Positions 17,733 to 27,277 of a stretch of DNA of 40,584 nucleotides are shown piece after piece (positions within the stretch are counted from its first letter, which is position 1; the number at the start of each line of letters is the position of its first letter). The stretch covers positions 1 through 40,584 of the IMG/VR virus record IMGVR_UViG_3300009500_000011. One strand, given 5' to 3'. A model generated the notes under the pieces. The model saw nothing but the letters and a program-made list of their open reading frames with translations, made no database searches and was not told where the DNA came from. The translations under genes and the position numbers were made by a program. Source of the stretch: a virus. Lineage: Duplodnaviria; Heunggongvirae; Uroviricota; Caudoviricetes.

Positions 17733-19661
17733 ATGGCAGGATTACCAAGATTTCCGTTACCTGGAACAGCAATTTCAACAAATGTTGATGTTGCTCGACT
17801 TTCTATGGACGTAAATACTGTATCTAACCCTAATTGGGCACTTGGACAATATGTTTTCTTCCAAAAAGCAAGTTCTATTTGGTTTAAATATAAGAATACA
17901 TCAACTATTTGGACTAATGAACAACTTTATCTAACAAATGTTCGTCAATCAGATACAAAATTTGATAAAAATGGTTATCCGATGACAGCATATGTTGATA
18001 ATGTTGATAATAAAATAAAAATGGTTTATTATCCGAATGGAATACAAACCACAGTTGTTTTAGCAAGTGGTGGTAGTTTTCCAACTGTTGTTATTGATGA
18101 AAATGATAGTTATGTCGTATGGGTTCCAAATAATTTTACTAATTTTTTAATGTATGCTCAACTTTGTACTAATTGGCTATTAGCATCACCTTATAGTTTG
18201 ACTTTACCGGGTGATATAAAAATGATGAGCATTCAAGTTGTTTCAGATAATCGTTGGTTGTTTACTTTTGAATGTGAAACTACACCTGAAAATAAAATTT
18301 ATATAGCTTTTACGAATCCTACTTATAAATTTGCTACGGCAAGTTTTGAAATGTTTGTAACTTTCTTAAAGAGTACAATGATTGATGAATATTTTGTTGT
18401 AGCAGAATATTCTCAACAGGAAATTTTTGAGTTAGGTGTTTATAGCAATAAATACAATGAAAATTTGGACATTTTACAAGTTGGAGTAACAGGAGTTTTA
18501 ACTTTAATTAGTTCTGAAAGTGTAAATCCATCAGAATACTTTGTTGTTGCTGAAAAATCCGATTTAATGCTCATTGCTGACCTTCTAACGTCGATAACTC
18601 TACCTAATGAGTCATTTAGCATATCAGATAAAATTATTCCTACATTTGATTTAACGTTCATTCCTGACGTAGGTTATAATTTTAATGAATATTTTGTTGT
18701 CGCAGAAGATAAAGATGTTTTTTCTTTAACTTCTGCAACAACACCAAGCGAATTTATTGATGAAACAATAAATATAAAAGAATATAACCTTTCTTATGAA
18801 AATACATTTGTTGGCCTAGATAAGGCTAATCTATCAGAATTATTGGAAATTACACAAATAGACAAAGATACTAAATTTGTTCTAGGTTTGCCTCCAACTA
18901 CTGTGGTTAATTTAAACGAATATGAAAATTTTAATGAATATTTTGCAATACAAGAACATTTTCCAACTGATTCATTAGTACAAACTATATTTATCGACCA
19001 AGCAAATCTTGGACCTGAAAAATTTTACATTTTAGATGATAAATTTCCAACATTTAGTGAAACAGAATTACTAATTCATTCTTCAAATTCAAAAGAATCT
19101 TTTTCAATTACTGATAATTCAAATCTTTTGACATTTAGTTTAAATATTTTATATATAGTTAATGAAAATTTCGCTGTAGAAGATAATAATGAACCAACCT
19201 ATAATTTTAAAGTTTCAAGTCTTAGTACAAAATTTTTGGAGAAACTACAGATTCCAGACATATTGAGTATTATAACTTCGACAGAATCTAATATAAGTAA
19301 AAAATCGAATGAAAATTTTGCTATTGGAATTACTAATGAGAATTATAATTTAGAGCCCATAAATAATTTAAATAGAAAAATTCATGAAAATAATCTTTAT
19401 ATTGGCGAAAGTACACAAAGTAATAGCTCTGAAAGCAATATAAGTATAAAAATACTTCAAAATATAGCACCATATGTCTATAATTATGTTTATAATATAA
19501 CCGAAGAGTTAAGTGCGTCTGTGTTTACGGCTGAAAATTCAGTTGTTCCTGCATTCTACTATTTTGCAACTACGTCTGAAAAAAGTTTATCAGGACCTAA
19601 ATCTTACAACATTGCTATTAAATCTCCAAGTATTACTTTCGAATTAACGAAAATAACTTAA
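17733..19661 (+). CDS. Virion fibre-like protein: N-terminal beta domain plus ExFx(V/I)x(E/D) repeats
   Basis: EYFVVAE three times plus about 10 degenerate copies (ESFSISD, EYFAIQE, EKFYILD, ESFSITD, ENFAVED). Confidence 0.6.
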   Translation: MAGLPRFPLPGTAISTNVDVARLSMDVNTVSNPNWALGQYVFFQKASSIWFKYKNTSTIWTNEQLYLTNVRQSDTKFDKNGYPMTAYVDNVDNKIKMVYYPNGIQTTVVLASGGSFPTVVIDENDSYVVWVPNNFTNFLMYAQLCTNWLLASPYSLTLPGDIKMMSIQVVSDNRWLFTFECETTPENKIYIAFTNPTYKFATASFEMFVTFLKSTMIDEYFVVAEYSQQEIFELGVYSNKYNENLDILQVGVTGVLTLISSESVNPSEYFVVAEKSDLMLIADLLTSITLPNESFSISDKIIPTFDLTFIPDVGYNFNEYFVVAEDKDVFSLTSATTPSEFIDETINIKEYNLSYENTFVGLDKANLSELLEITQIDKDTKFVLGLPPTTVVNLNEYENFNEYFAIQEHFPTDSLVQTIFIDQANLGPEKFYILDDKFPTFSETELLIHSSNSKESFSITDNSNLLTFSLNILYIVNENFAVEDNNEPTYNFKVSSLSTKFLEKLQIPDILSIITSTESNISKKSNENFAIGITNENYNLEPINNLNRKIHENNLYIGESTQSNSSESNISIKILQNIAPYVYNYVYNITEELSASVFTAENSVVPAFYYFATTSEKSLSGPKSYNIAIKSPSITFELTKIT

Positions 19662-19673
19662 ATAAGGTCAATT

Positions 19674-20147
19674 ATGAGTAAAATATCAAAAATAGTACCA
19701 CAACAAGGTCTTGAATTTAAAGGCACATGGAATGTTAAGCTTGTAAATTCAAAAACAGGCGAAATAGAACTTGACCATACTCAAGAAAATATTATTGTTG
19801 ATAATGCTATTGTTCATATGGCAAATGGTTATGGTCCTGCTGATTTTGATATGTTGCATCTTGGTAATGCGCCGTTTCCTTCAACCCCGGCCACAACTGA
19901 TTTGACTTTAAATGCTGATTTTTTCCAAACTTCAACAACACATATTCCTCAAATTTCGCCTGGGACATTTGCTTACCAAAAAAAAGCAACTCTCGCAACA
20001 ACCGATGCGGTAGGAACATTAACAGAAGCAGGACTTTTTACAACTGATAATGTTATGTTTAATAGAATTTTGTTTAATCCGCAAATTGTTAAAACTGACA
20101 CTCAAGAAGCATACATAACTACGACCATACAAATCCGTAGAGTATAA
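19674..20147 (+). CDS. Small structural protein resembling tail-collar/fibre-attachment domains
   Basis: NIIVD, LHLG....P..TD.TL, AVGTLTEAGLF, MFNRILF...IVKT pattern. Confidence 0.65.
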   Translation: MSKISKIVPQQGLEFKGTWNVKLVNSKTGEIELDHTQENIIVDNAIVHMANGYGPADFDMLHLGNAPFPSTPATTDLTLNADFFQTSTTHIPQISPGTFAYQKKATLATTDAVGTLTEAGLFTTDNVMFNRILFNPQIVKTDTQEAYITTTIQIRRV

Positions 20148-20165
20148 GGGAGTTTTCTAAATAAA

Positions 20166-23100
20166 ATGGGTATTTTTAAAGTTGAGAAAAAAGACCTTGA
20201 TGGTAATATGGTCGAATCTTATGAAATGCATAACACAATACTTGACGCAGGTCTTGAATATTTATGTACTGCTGTTGGTTATGATTTTGATTCTATTCCA
20301 CAAATTGGTGTAGGAAGTTCGGATATTACTCCTGATACAAACCAGGTTGGTTTAATTTCACCTATTGCTATAACAACTGCAACATTTACTCCGGGCACAT
20401 CAACAGATTCAAACCCAGAAGGTGATAAACAATTTATTGTTTCTGCTAATTTTACTGCTAGTGAAGCAATTGGCGAATTAACTGAATTAACCTATTATAT
20501 GAATACCCTTTCAGGGAAAAATATTCCTTTAAATCGTACTCTTTTTCAAGTTCCGGGCGAATTAGATACAGCTTTTACATCAACTCCCGAGCTTGACCAA
20601 ATTCAAAATGTTGACGTATCTAATGTTACACAAGTTTATGGTGCGAATTTTTATGACCAAACATTTACTGTTTCTGCTAGTGGCGGACCATCTGGTGTAA
20701 ATAACATTGTTGAAATTGCTTTAAGTATGGCTTCTAGCGGTGACCCTGCATATCCGTTAACGGTTGCGCTTTATTCCGATAGTAGTGGTTCTCCAGGAAC
20801 ACTTTTATCAACTGCAACAATTCCTGCTTTTGCAAATCCTGTACAAGAATGGGTTGTGGCAAGTTTTGAAAGTCCTGTTGCAGTAACTGCGGGTCATGTT
20901 TACCATATTGTAGTTTCTTGTCCTCTTACAGACCAAGCAGATTGTTATGATTTATTTGGTTCTGTTGCAGATGAATACCCTTATGGTCAACTTAGCGTTT
21001 CTACAAACTCTGGATTAACATATTCACCTGTAAATCCATCACAAGATTTTGGATTTAAAACTTATTATTCAACATCTGGGGCGGCGGCTCACGAATATGT
21101 TGCGACATTAGTTCAATTTAATAAAGAAACAGGACCTTCTGCTACATATACAGTTAATTCATTTCCTCTTAACAATTTAGACTCTATTAGTTTAAACGAA
21201 GGTACAGTTCGTTTAACTCTTCCAACATATGAAGAATTAAATGAATTTACTTCAAAAATTAATATTTATAAAAATGTTGGTGGCGTTTTTGGTTTATTAG
21301 CAAGTGTAGGAACCGTAAGAGAATACTTCTATGATAATGGCTCAATAACACCTAATACAAGTATTAATCCTCCTGCTGCATCTAGTATAACAACTCCAAC
21401 TGGTTTAACTGCTATTGTTGATTCTACTAATGGTGGTTCATTAGAATTAGGTCAAAATAAATATTACAAAGTTTCTGCAATTCAACAGGGACCATTAACA
21501 ACATCTATTACAGTTGGTCCTTATCAACGTCCTGGTGTAACTGCTCCTCCTGATACAGAATTTTATGATGTTGCTTACACAACAACTCCTGTACCTTTAT
21601 ATGGTGCTGAATATGAAACAGAAGCATCTGGAGAATATACATTAACAGCACCAACTAGTGCAAGTGCCCAATTTGCAGAATATTTTACAGAATCAAGTTT
21701 AAATCCTTCCTTGTGGAATATTACGAATAACAATAGCGATTATTTTAACCTTGTAACATTAAATTCAACTGGTGAAAGTCAGTTACAAATGAATGTTCCA
21801 GCAGGGGTTCCTTATGTTGTTTCATCAACAAGAAAAGCACGACCAGGACAAAGTTATTATATTAACGTTCAAATTCCATTATCATATGCTTCTATCCCAC
21901 AATATGTATATAGTTCAAGTGGTACACGTTCAATTAATCCAATTTTAAATGATACTGCTCCAAATAGAGTATCATTGTTCTCTTTTGTAAATCCTGAAAA
22001 TATTCAAACACAAAGTGCAGATAAAAGACTTTCGTTTGAATTTGGTTTGTATCATAACTATCGTTTAGATGACCAATATACTACAGGTAATAGCAGCCAG
22101 TATGCTCAAGGACCTTACTTTGCTCTTTATGATAATGTTGGAAATGTATATTTATTTAGCACATCTGATATTCAACAATCACATACAGATAAATGCTATA
22201 CATTTAAAATTGACGTATTAGATAATCGTTCTATGCAAATTAGTTACTTAAATGCAACAACACGTACATTTGAAGTTCTAACATCTAGTATCACATACTT
22301 TAATTTTGAAACCCAAGAAAATGGTACTCATACACATCAAGGCGGAGCTTTACCAGGTCCACTTGTACAAACAACGGACCACTTCTTGATTCCAGAAAAT
22401 TATTGTTTTGCAATTGGTAATCCATCGAATGACCCTCTTGCATATTCAAATGTTAACTATATTGCTTGTAATGATTCAATTTATACCATTCCAGGAACTT
22501 CTCCAACAGTTCCGGTTCCAGCTATTGCTATGACTCTTAACGGTACAATTTCTCCAACGGGTGGAGGATTTGGAGCAACTTTAACTTGGAACGCTGTTCC
22601 TGGCGCAAGAAAATATCACCTTTATGCAACAGAAACTGCTGGTTCATATAATGCAGCAAATGGAAACCTTGTTTATGAATACGAAACATATTTCCCTGCA
22701 TATGCTGTACAATCAACAGATACCCCTAATAATGACTTTTTCAATGATTTAGTTGCTGTTGGTAGTCAAGTTCGTAATTGGCAAGATATTGGTGTTACTT
22801 TTGGTGTTGATGCTACAACAACGGGTACATTTAACGGTTATGCTCTTGGTGGTTTTGTAGGAAGTAATAGTCAAAACTACGGAAATCCAATTGTTCCCAA
22901 CATTGCTTCAGCACCTGGAACAGCAGAAACATATTTGCTTTTATTAACAGGTGAAAGTAATCAAGCAATCTTTACTTTTATGGGTGGCGGTTTCTCTATT
23001 GTCGCTGAAACATCACCATATCGTGGTATCGGGGCACTTTATATTGATGGAAACTTTGTAGAAAATATTGATTTTTATTCGGCCGATACTTACGAACAAC

Positions 23101-23423
23101 AAACAGTATTTACAACAAGTGCGCTTGCACCTGGATATCATACAGCAACTATTAAACCTACAGGAACATCTAACGATTTTTCTTTAGGCACATCTATTGC
23201 TCTTGATTACTTCTATATTACGGTTCCTGCAATAGTTGACCCAAATACACTAACAATTGGGGCTCCTCTTTCTGCAAATAACTCAAACATTGGTCCTGCG
23301 CCTGCACCAAATATTGCTGGCTCACAAACTTATAATGGAAACGGACCAACGGTTGTTGTGAAAGACCCACAACATACATTGGAAGTTACTATGACATTCT
23401 CATTGGTAAATCCCAACTTGTAA
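20166..23423 (+). CDS. Large multidomain fibre/adhesin (attachment domain with FN3-like, jelly-roll and CBM-like inserts)
   Basis: N- and C-termini match 19674..20147. Internal QTFT...LYSDSSGSPGTLL...VTAGHVYHIVV domain, FN3-like LTWNAVPGARKYHLY, CBM-like GIGALYIDG...IDFYS...GYHTATI...IALDYF. Confidence 0.7.
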   Translation: MGIFKVEKKDLDGNMVESYEMHNTILDAGLEYLCTAVGYDFDSIPQIGVGSSDITPDTNQVGLISPIAITTATFTPGTSTDSNPEGDKQFIVSANFTASEAIGELTELTYYMNTLSGKNIPLNRTLFQVPGELDTAFTSTPELDQIQNVDVSNVTQVYGANFYDQTFTVSASGGPSGVNNIVEIALSMASSGDPAYPLTVALYSDSSGSPGTLLSTATIPAFANPVQEWVVASFESPVAVTAGHVYHIVVSCPLTDQADCYDLFGSVADEYPYGQLSVSTNSGLTYSPVNPSQDFGFKTYYSTSGAAAHEYVATLVQFNKETGPSATYTVNSFPLNNLDSISLNEGTVRLTLPTYEELNEFTSKINIYKNVGGVFGLLASVGTVREYFYDNGSITPNTSINPPAASSITTPTGLTAIVDSTNGGSLELGQNKYYKVSAIQQGPLTTSITVGPYQRPGVTAPPDTEFYDVAYTTTPVPLYGAEYETEASGEYTLTAPTSASAQFAEYFTESSLNPSLWNITNNNSDYFNLVTLNSTGESQLQMNVPAGVPYVVSSTRKARPGQSYYINVQIPLSYASIPQYVYSSSGTRSINPILNDTAPNRVSLFSFVNPENIQTQSADKRLSFEFGLYHNYRLDDQYTTGNSSQYAQGPYFALYDNVGNVYLFSTSDIQQSHTDKCYTFKIDVLDNRSMQISYLNATTRTFEVLTSSITYFNFETQENGTHTHQGGALPGPLVQTTDHFLIPENYCFAIGNPSNDPLAYSNVNYIACNDSIYTIPGTSPTVPVPAIAMTLNGTISPTGGGFGATLTWNAVPGARKYHLYATETAGSYNAANGNLVYEYETYFPAYAVQSTDTPNNDFFNDLVAVGSQVRNWQDIGVTFGVDATTTGTFNGYALGGFVGSNSQNYGNPIVPNIASAPGTAETYLLLLTGESNQAIFTFMGGGFSIVAETSPYRGIGALYIDGNFVENIDFYSADTYEQQTVFTTSALAPGYHTATIKPTGTSNDFSLGTSIALDYFYITVPAIVDPNTLTIGAPLSANNSNIGPAPAPNIAGSQTYNGNGPTVVVKDPQHTLEVTMTFSLVNPNL

Positions 23424-23443
23424 CTTTTAAGGATAGACGATAA

Positions 23444-25261
23444 ATGTCATACACACAAGGAACAGTCAGAGTTGCAAGTCTTCTAAGCACATTAGCATCT
23501 GCAATTACAGCACCATTAGGAGAAACACTTCCTTCAAATGAAGCAAGTGTGACATTAACTGGTAGTCAAACTGCCGTTCAATTAACTATGCCTTCTGTTG
23601 GTACTGGTTTAAATCCAAGTGGATGGAATATCTACAAAGGAACAATTTCTGGAGGAGAAACTTTATTAGTTAATATTCCTGGAAATCAAACTACATTTAT
23701 TGATGACGGAAGTTTGACTGTTGGAACAACAACTGTTCCAGTTACATCAACTGGAAATCTTTATGCTTTACCTTCGATAGTTAGTGGAACTATTACGGCA
23801 ACTGCTTTAAATTCAAGTTTTGTTTCTCAAGAATTTACTACATCTAATGCTTATGCTGCTATCGCATACAATCAAATATTGGCACAACCTTTTTTTGCAA
23901 ATCATGAATTAATAACTGAAATTGATTTGCCTTTAGATGTAAACGGTGGTCCAACTGGGAATATTATTGTACAAATTTTTCCTAATTCTTACGAAAATAC
24001 AACGAATACTACAGGTTATTATAACGTTCCTGCAAGTACAACAACACCTTTGGGTTCTGCTAGTGTTGCAATTACAAACATGAACCATGTTAAAACGTCA
24101 GGTTTGTATACTAAATTTATTTTTTCGACTCCTGTAACTTTAAGTGTTGGAACATTATATCATATTGTTATTTCATTATCAAATAGTGCTGATACATTAG
24201 CTTCAACCAATTATGTTGTATGTTCTTATTTATCATACAGCGCAGGTAATACGGCAGTTTGCCCTGCTATTAATCTTGCATGGCAGACAACTTCATTAAC
24301 TACTATTAATTGGGCTTCTGTTAATTCAAATAATTTAAGTTCTTTAAATTATATAATTTATGGTACTGGAATTTTAGCAGCAGAAACATATTATTATAAA
24401 ATAACCGCAACTACAGGTTGGTCACCTGTATTTACACAAAGTATTTTTGGACCTGCAACAACTAATTTATATACTTCAAATATTTATTATAGTTCTGGTT
24501 CAAATGCAAATGAAAATATCTTTATTGCTCAAATTTACAATGGAAACACAAACAACAGTATTCAACATGCTATATTAGAACATTATGATAATCAAACTCA
24601 TGTTTTAACTAATCAAACTTCTGCTTTTTCAACTAATGGGTCAGGGATTGCAGGAACATCATATTACAATAATATAATTTCGCGTACAGCAACATACTAT
24701 TCTGGTACAGAATCTAATACTGTTAACGTTACTTTTAGAATTCATTTATTTGCAGACCACATGGCAATCTCATTAGCTGGAGATTCAACTTTAACAGGAT
24801 TTCAAGAGTATGTAGTATTCTTGGGTAAAATTTCATCTTTAAGTTCAACAGATGAATGTTATGTAATAAGTAATGTTGCTACAAGTGATATAAGTTCTTG
24901 GTTGGTTTTAAGAGATTATGCTAATGCTGTAGGACAAAAAATAATACCGTTGTTTCCTGTTCAATCAAATGTAGCAAATGGTACGTCGGATGGTTTTCCA
25001 TATCTTAATAAATTTACAAATAATTATGATGCAATTACAATGGGACTTCTAGATGCTGGTGGGGCAGGTTACAGAGGGAACGTTCCTGACATGATTCTTT
25101 TCCCTAGTGCATCTTCTAATGTAATTAATAATCATGACCAATTTACTTTTAATGGTCAAACCTATCAATATTATATACCTACAAATGTGGGCGACTTCAG
25201 TTGGGAAAATGCTGGTACAACTACAGCAAGTGTATATTATCCTGCATTTAGAATAGCTTAA
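23444..25261 (+). CDS. Virion appendage protein with FN3-like and jelly-roll inserts
   Basis: MSYTQGT...LLSTL N-terminus, GETLPSNEAS...NIYKGT.SG.ETLL...TTFIDDG, AQPF...PVTLSVGTLYHIV, C-terminal YRG.VPD; T/S/N-rich. Confidence 0.65.
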   Translation: MSYTQGTVRVASLLSTLASAITAPLGETLPSNEASVTLTGSQTAVQLTMPSVGTGLNPSGWNIYKGTISGGETLLVNIPGNQTTFIDDGSLTVGTTTVPVTSTGNLYALPSIVSGTITATALNSSFVSQEFTTSNAYAAIAYNQILAQPFFANHELITEIDLPLDVNGGPTGNIIVQIFPNSYENTTNTTGYYNVPASTTTPLGSASVAITNMNHVKTSGLYTKFIFSTPVTLSVGTLYHIVISLSNSADTLASTNYVVCSYLSYSAGNTAVCPAINLAWQTTSLTTINWASVNSNNLSSLNYIIYGTGILAAETYYYKITATTGWSPVFTQSIFGPATTNLYTSNIYYSSGSNANENIFIAQIYNGNTNNSIQHAILEHYDNQTHVLTNQTSAFSTNGSGIAGTSYYNNIISRTATYYSGTESNTVNVTFRIHLFADHMAISLAGDSTLTGFQEYVVFLGKISSLSSTDECYVISNVATSDISSWLVLRDYANAVGQKIIPLFPVQSNVANGTSDGFPYLNKFTNNYDAITMGLLDAGGAGYRGNVPDMILFPSASSNVINNHDQFTFNGQTYQYYIPTNVGDFSWENAGTTTASVYYPAFRIA

Positions 25262-25263
25262 AA

Positions 25264-26574
25264 ATGCCTCTTAATTTTTATAATTTACAATATGCTCAAT
25301 ATTGTGCAAACATAGGTGCAATAGCTATTTATCCTTTGCAAGAATCTTCAGGAACATCTATTAATGATTATTCTGGTAACGGATATAATGGAGAACTTTC
25401 AGGAACCGGAACCACACAAGCAAATTTATTATACCCTATGGACCATTATAAATTTTATAATTTTAATGGTAATAGTTATATTAACTTAGGAAGCGCAAAT
25501 CAATATCTAGGTGGTCCAGTAACTGGTGGAGTTACGAAACAGAGTGGTTGGATTACTGGTTGGATTAAAGCATCTTCGCCTAATACTGGTGGTGGAATGA
25601 TTGCATATTGGAATAATTTTGGTTTAAGTGTAAATAATACTGGGAATATTTCAATATTTCAGCCAAATGAAAATTATAATGCTAATTATAATTTTAGTTT
25701 TCAAATTCCCGTAACAACAACATTAATGGATGGCAATGAACATTTTATATGTGCTTGTATTATTAAAGAGGGCGATTTTACGGCACAAGATGTTTATACA
25801 GAATATGCATATGTATTTGCAGACATTTACATAGATGGCACATTGGTTATTAACGGCTACGATTGTGGCTTAGTTCCTATGGGCATATCAAGTGCAAGTG
25901 AATTTACTACACAGTTTTATAATATGTATGCTGATACGTCTTCTATTGCTGCATATAAAGATGGAACAAAAAATTTTACAGGTTATTTATCTAATGTTGT
26001 GTTTTTTCCATATACTTTGACTCAGGCTGAAATAAATCAATTATATGTTTTAGGAACTTCAAAAATAAGCCCAACAGCTAATGAACTTGATTATGTAGAT
26101 AATTTTTATTTAATAGATTCTATTAAAACTTATTTACACGCCGACCAACCATCTAATGCTCCTGAATTAAATATTAATTTAAAAAAATTACCTTCAGAAT
26201 TTGTTTATTCTTTAAGATTAGATTATTTAAAAATATTAGAAGAGAATGGAATTTGTCCAACTCCTCCTGCTCCTATAATTTTACCAATTGATTATGTTGC
26301 TCCCCCAAGTTCAAGTGGAGTAAGTGCTGGAAATTATTATAGAGTTCCCAAAAGTACGATGACATTAAATAATTTGCCTTTACCAAAGTATTTTAATTCA
26401 TTTAGCTTTCCGATTGGTACATTTGTTTATCCAACATCTAGTGAATATAACGGATTAATGTTAGTTAAATCAACTAACCTAAATATAAGTTTACCTTTTG
26501 ATGTTATTCAACTAACACATTCTCAAGCTTTGGCTGATTTAACTACTTACGTTAATGAAATATTTGCATTCTAA
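25264..26574 (+). CDS. LamG/concanavalin-A-like lectin domain virion protein
   Basis: YPLQESSGTSINDYSGNGYNG, FNG.SYI, GWIK, HFI, IYIDG, FTG.LSNV.FF.Y.LTQAEI.QLY. C-terminal domain is paralogous to the next gene. Confidence 0.8.
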   Translation: MPLNFYNLQYAQYCANIGAIAIYPLQESSGTSINDYSGNGYNGELSGTGTTQANLLYPMDHYKFYNFNGNSYINLGSANQYLGGPVTGGVTKQSGWITGWIKASSPNTGGGMIAYWNNFGLSVNNTGNISIFQPNENYNANYNFSFQIPVTTTLMDGNEHFICACIIKEGDFTAQDVYTEYAYVFADIYIDGTLVINGYDCGLVPMGISSASEFTTQFYNMYADTSSIAAYKDGTKNFTGYLSNVVFFPYTLTQAEINQLYVLGTSKISPTANELDYVDNFYLIDSIKTYLHADQPSNAPELNINLKKLPSEFVYSLRLDYLKILEENGICPTPPAPIILPIDYVAPPSSSGVSAGNYYRVPKSTMTLNNLPLPKYFNSFSFPIGTFVYPTSSEYNGLMLVKSTNLNISLPFDVIQLTHSQALADLTTYVNEIFAF

Positions 26575-27093
26575 ATGTCATATACATTGTTACCTCCTTC
26601 ATTTACTCATTCTACTATCACAAACTTTACTGCTGATAGTTTGATTAATGCTTCGCCAATTGAACTTTCTAATAATATTATTTCATTAAATTTTAAAAAA
26701 ACTCAAAGATTAGATTTTCTAACTTGGCAAGAAACAGAAGGATATTGTCCGCCATTACCTCCTCAAGTTTATATTTATGAACTTAATGCACCTGTTCCTG
26801 TTATTGTTGAAACTGTAAATGTTCCAGGTTTAAACATTGGAATATATTATAGAATGTCGGTAAGTAAAACTTCAACTACACCTGACGGCAATCCATTGCC
26901 AAAATATTTCGCAAATTTACCAGAACCATATTTTGGAGTTGTATATCCTGAAACAGATATATATGCAGGGTATATGATAGTTAAAACAACTCAACCTTTA
27001 GAAATAAGTTTACCATTCGATGTTGAAGCTTTAACACAAGCAGATGTAGCATTTGAATTAGAAAGAATAGTATCTTCAACAATAGCTTTATAA
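26575..27093 (+). CDS. Hypothetical structural protein, paralog of the C-terminal domain of 25264..26574
   Basis: Shared RLD(Y/F)L...E.G.CP..P, YYR, PLPKYF, VYP...Y.G.M.VK.T, ISLPFDV..LT. TAAATG junction. Confidence 0.7.
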   Translation: MSYTLLPPSFTHSTITNFTADSLINASPIELSNNIISLNFKKTQRLDFLTWQETEGYCPPLPPQVYIYELNAPVPVIVETVNVPGLNIGIYYRMSVSKTSTTPDGNPLPKYFANLPEPYFGVVYPETDIYAGYMIVKTTQPLEISLPFDVEALTQADVAFELERIVSSTIAL

Positions 27094-27103
27094 GAAGAAA
27101 ATT

Positions 27104-27277
27104 ATGGAAAAGAAATTATTAGAAAAAGAAATAACAGAAATTTTTAATGAAATACTTACAATTTGTAATAATAAATCTTTTTCAGCAGTAAAAGCAGCAC
27201 TTTTATTAGCTAGGGACCATATTATAAAGAGTGAAGCTTTATTAAACAAAGATTTAAAGGAAAACATTGATGCCTAA
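27104..27277 (+). CDS. Small helical hypothetical protein, 57 aa (not in ORF track)
   Basis: MEKKLLEKEITEIFNEILTICNNKSFSAVKAALLLARDHIIKSEALLNKDLKENIDA*. Fills the gap and overlaps the next ATG by 8 nt. Confidence 0.65.
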   Translation: MEKKLLEKEITEIFNEILTICNNKSFSAVKAALLLARDHIIKSEALLNKDLKENIDA

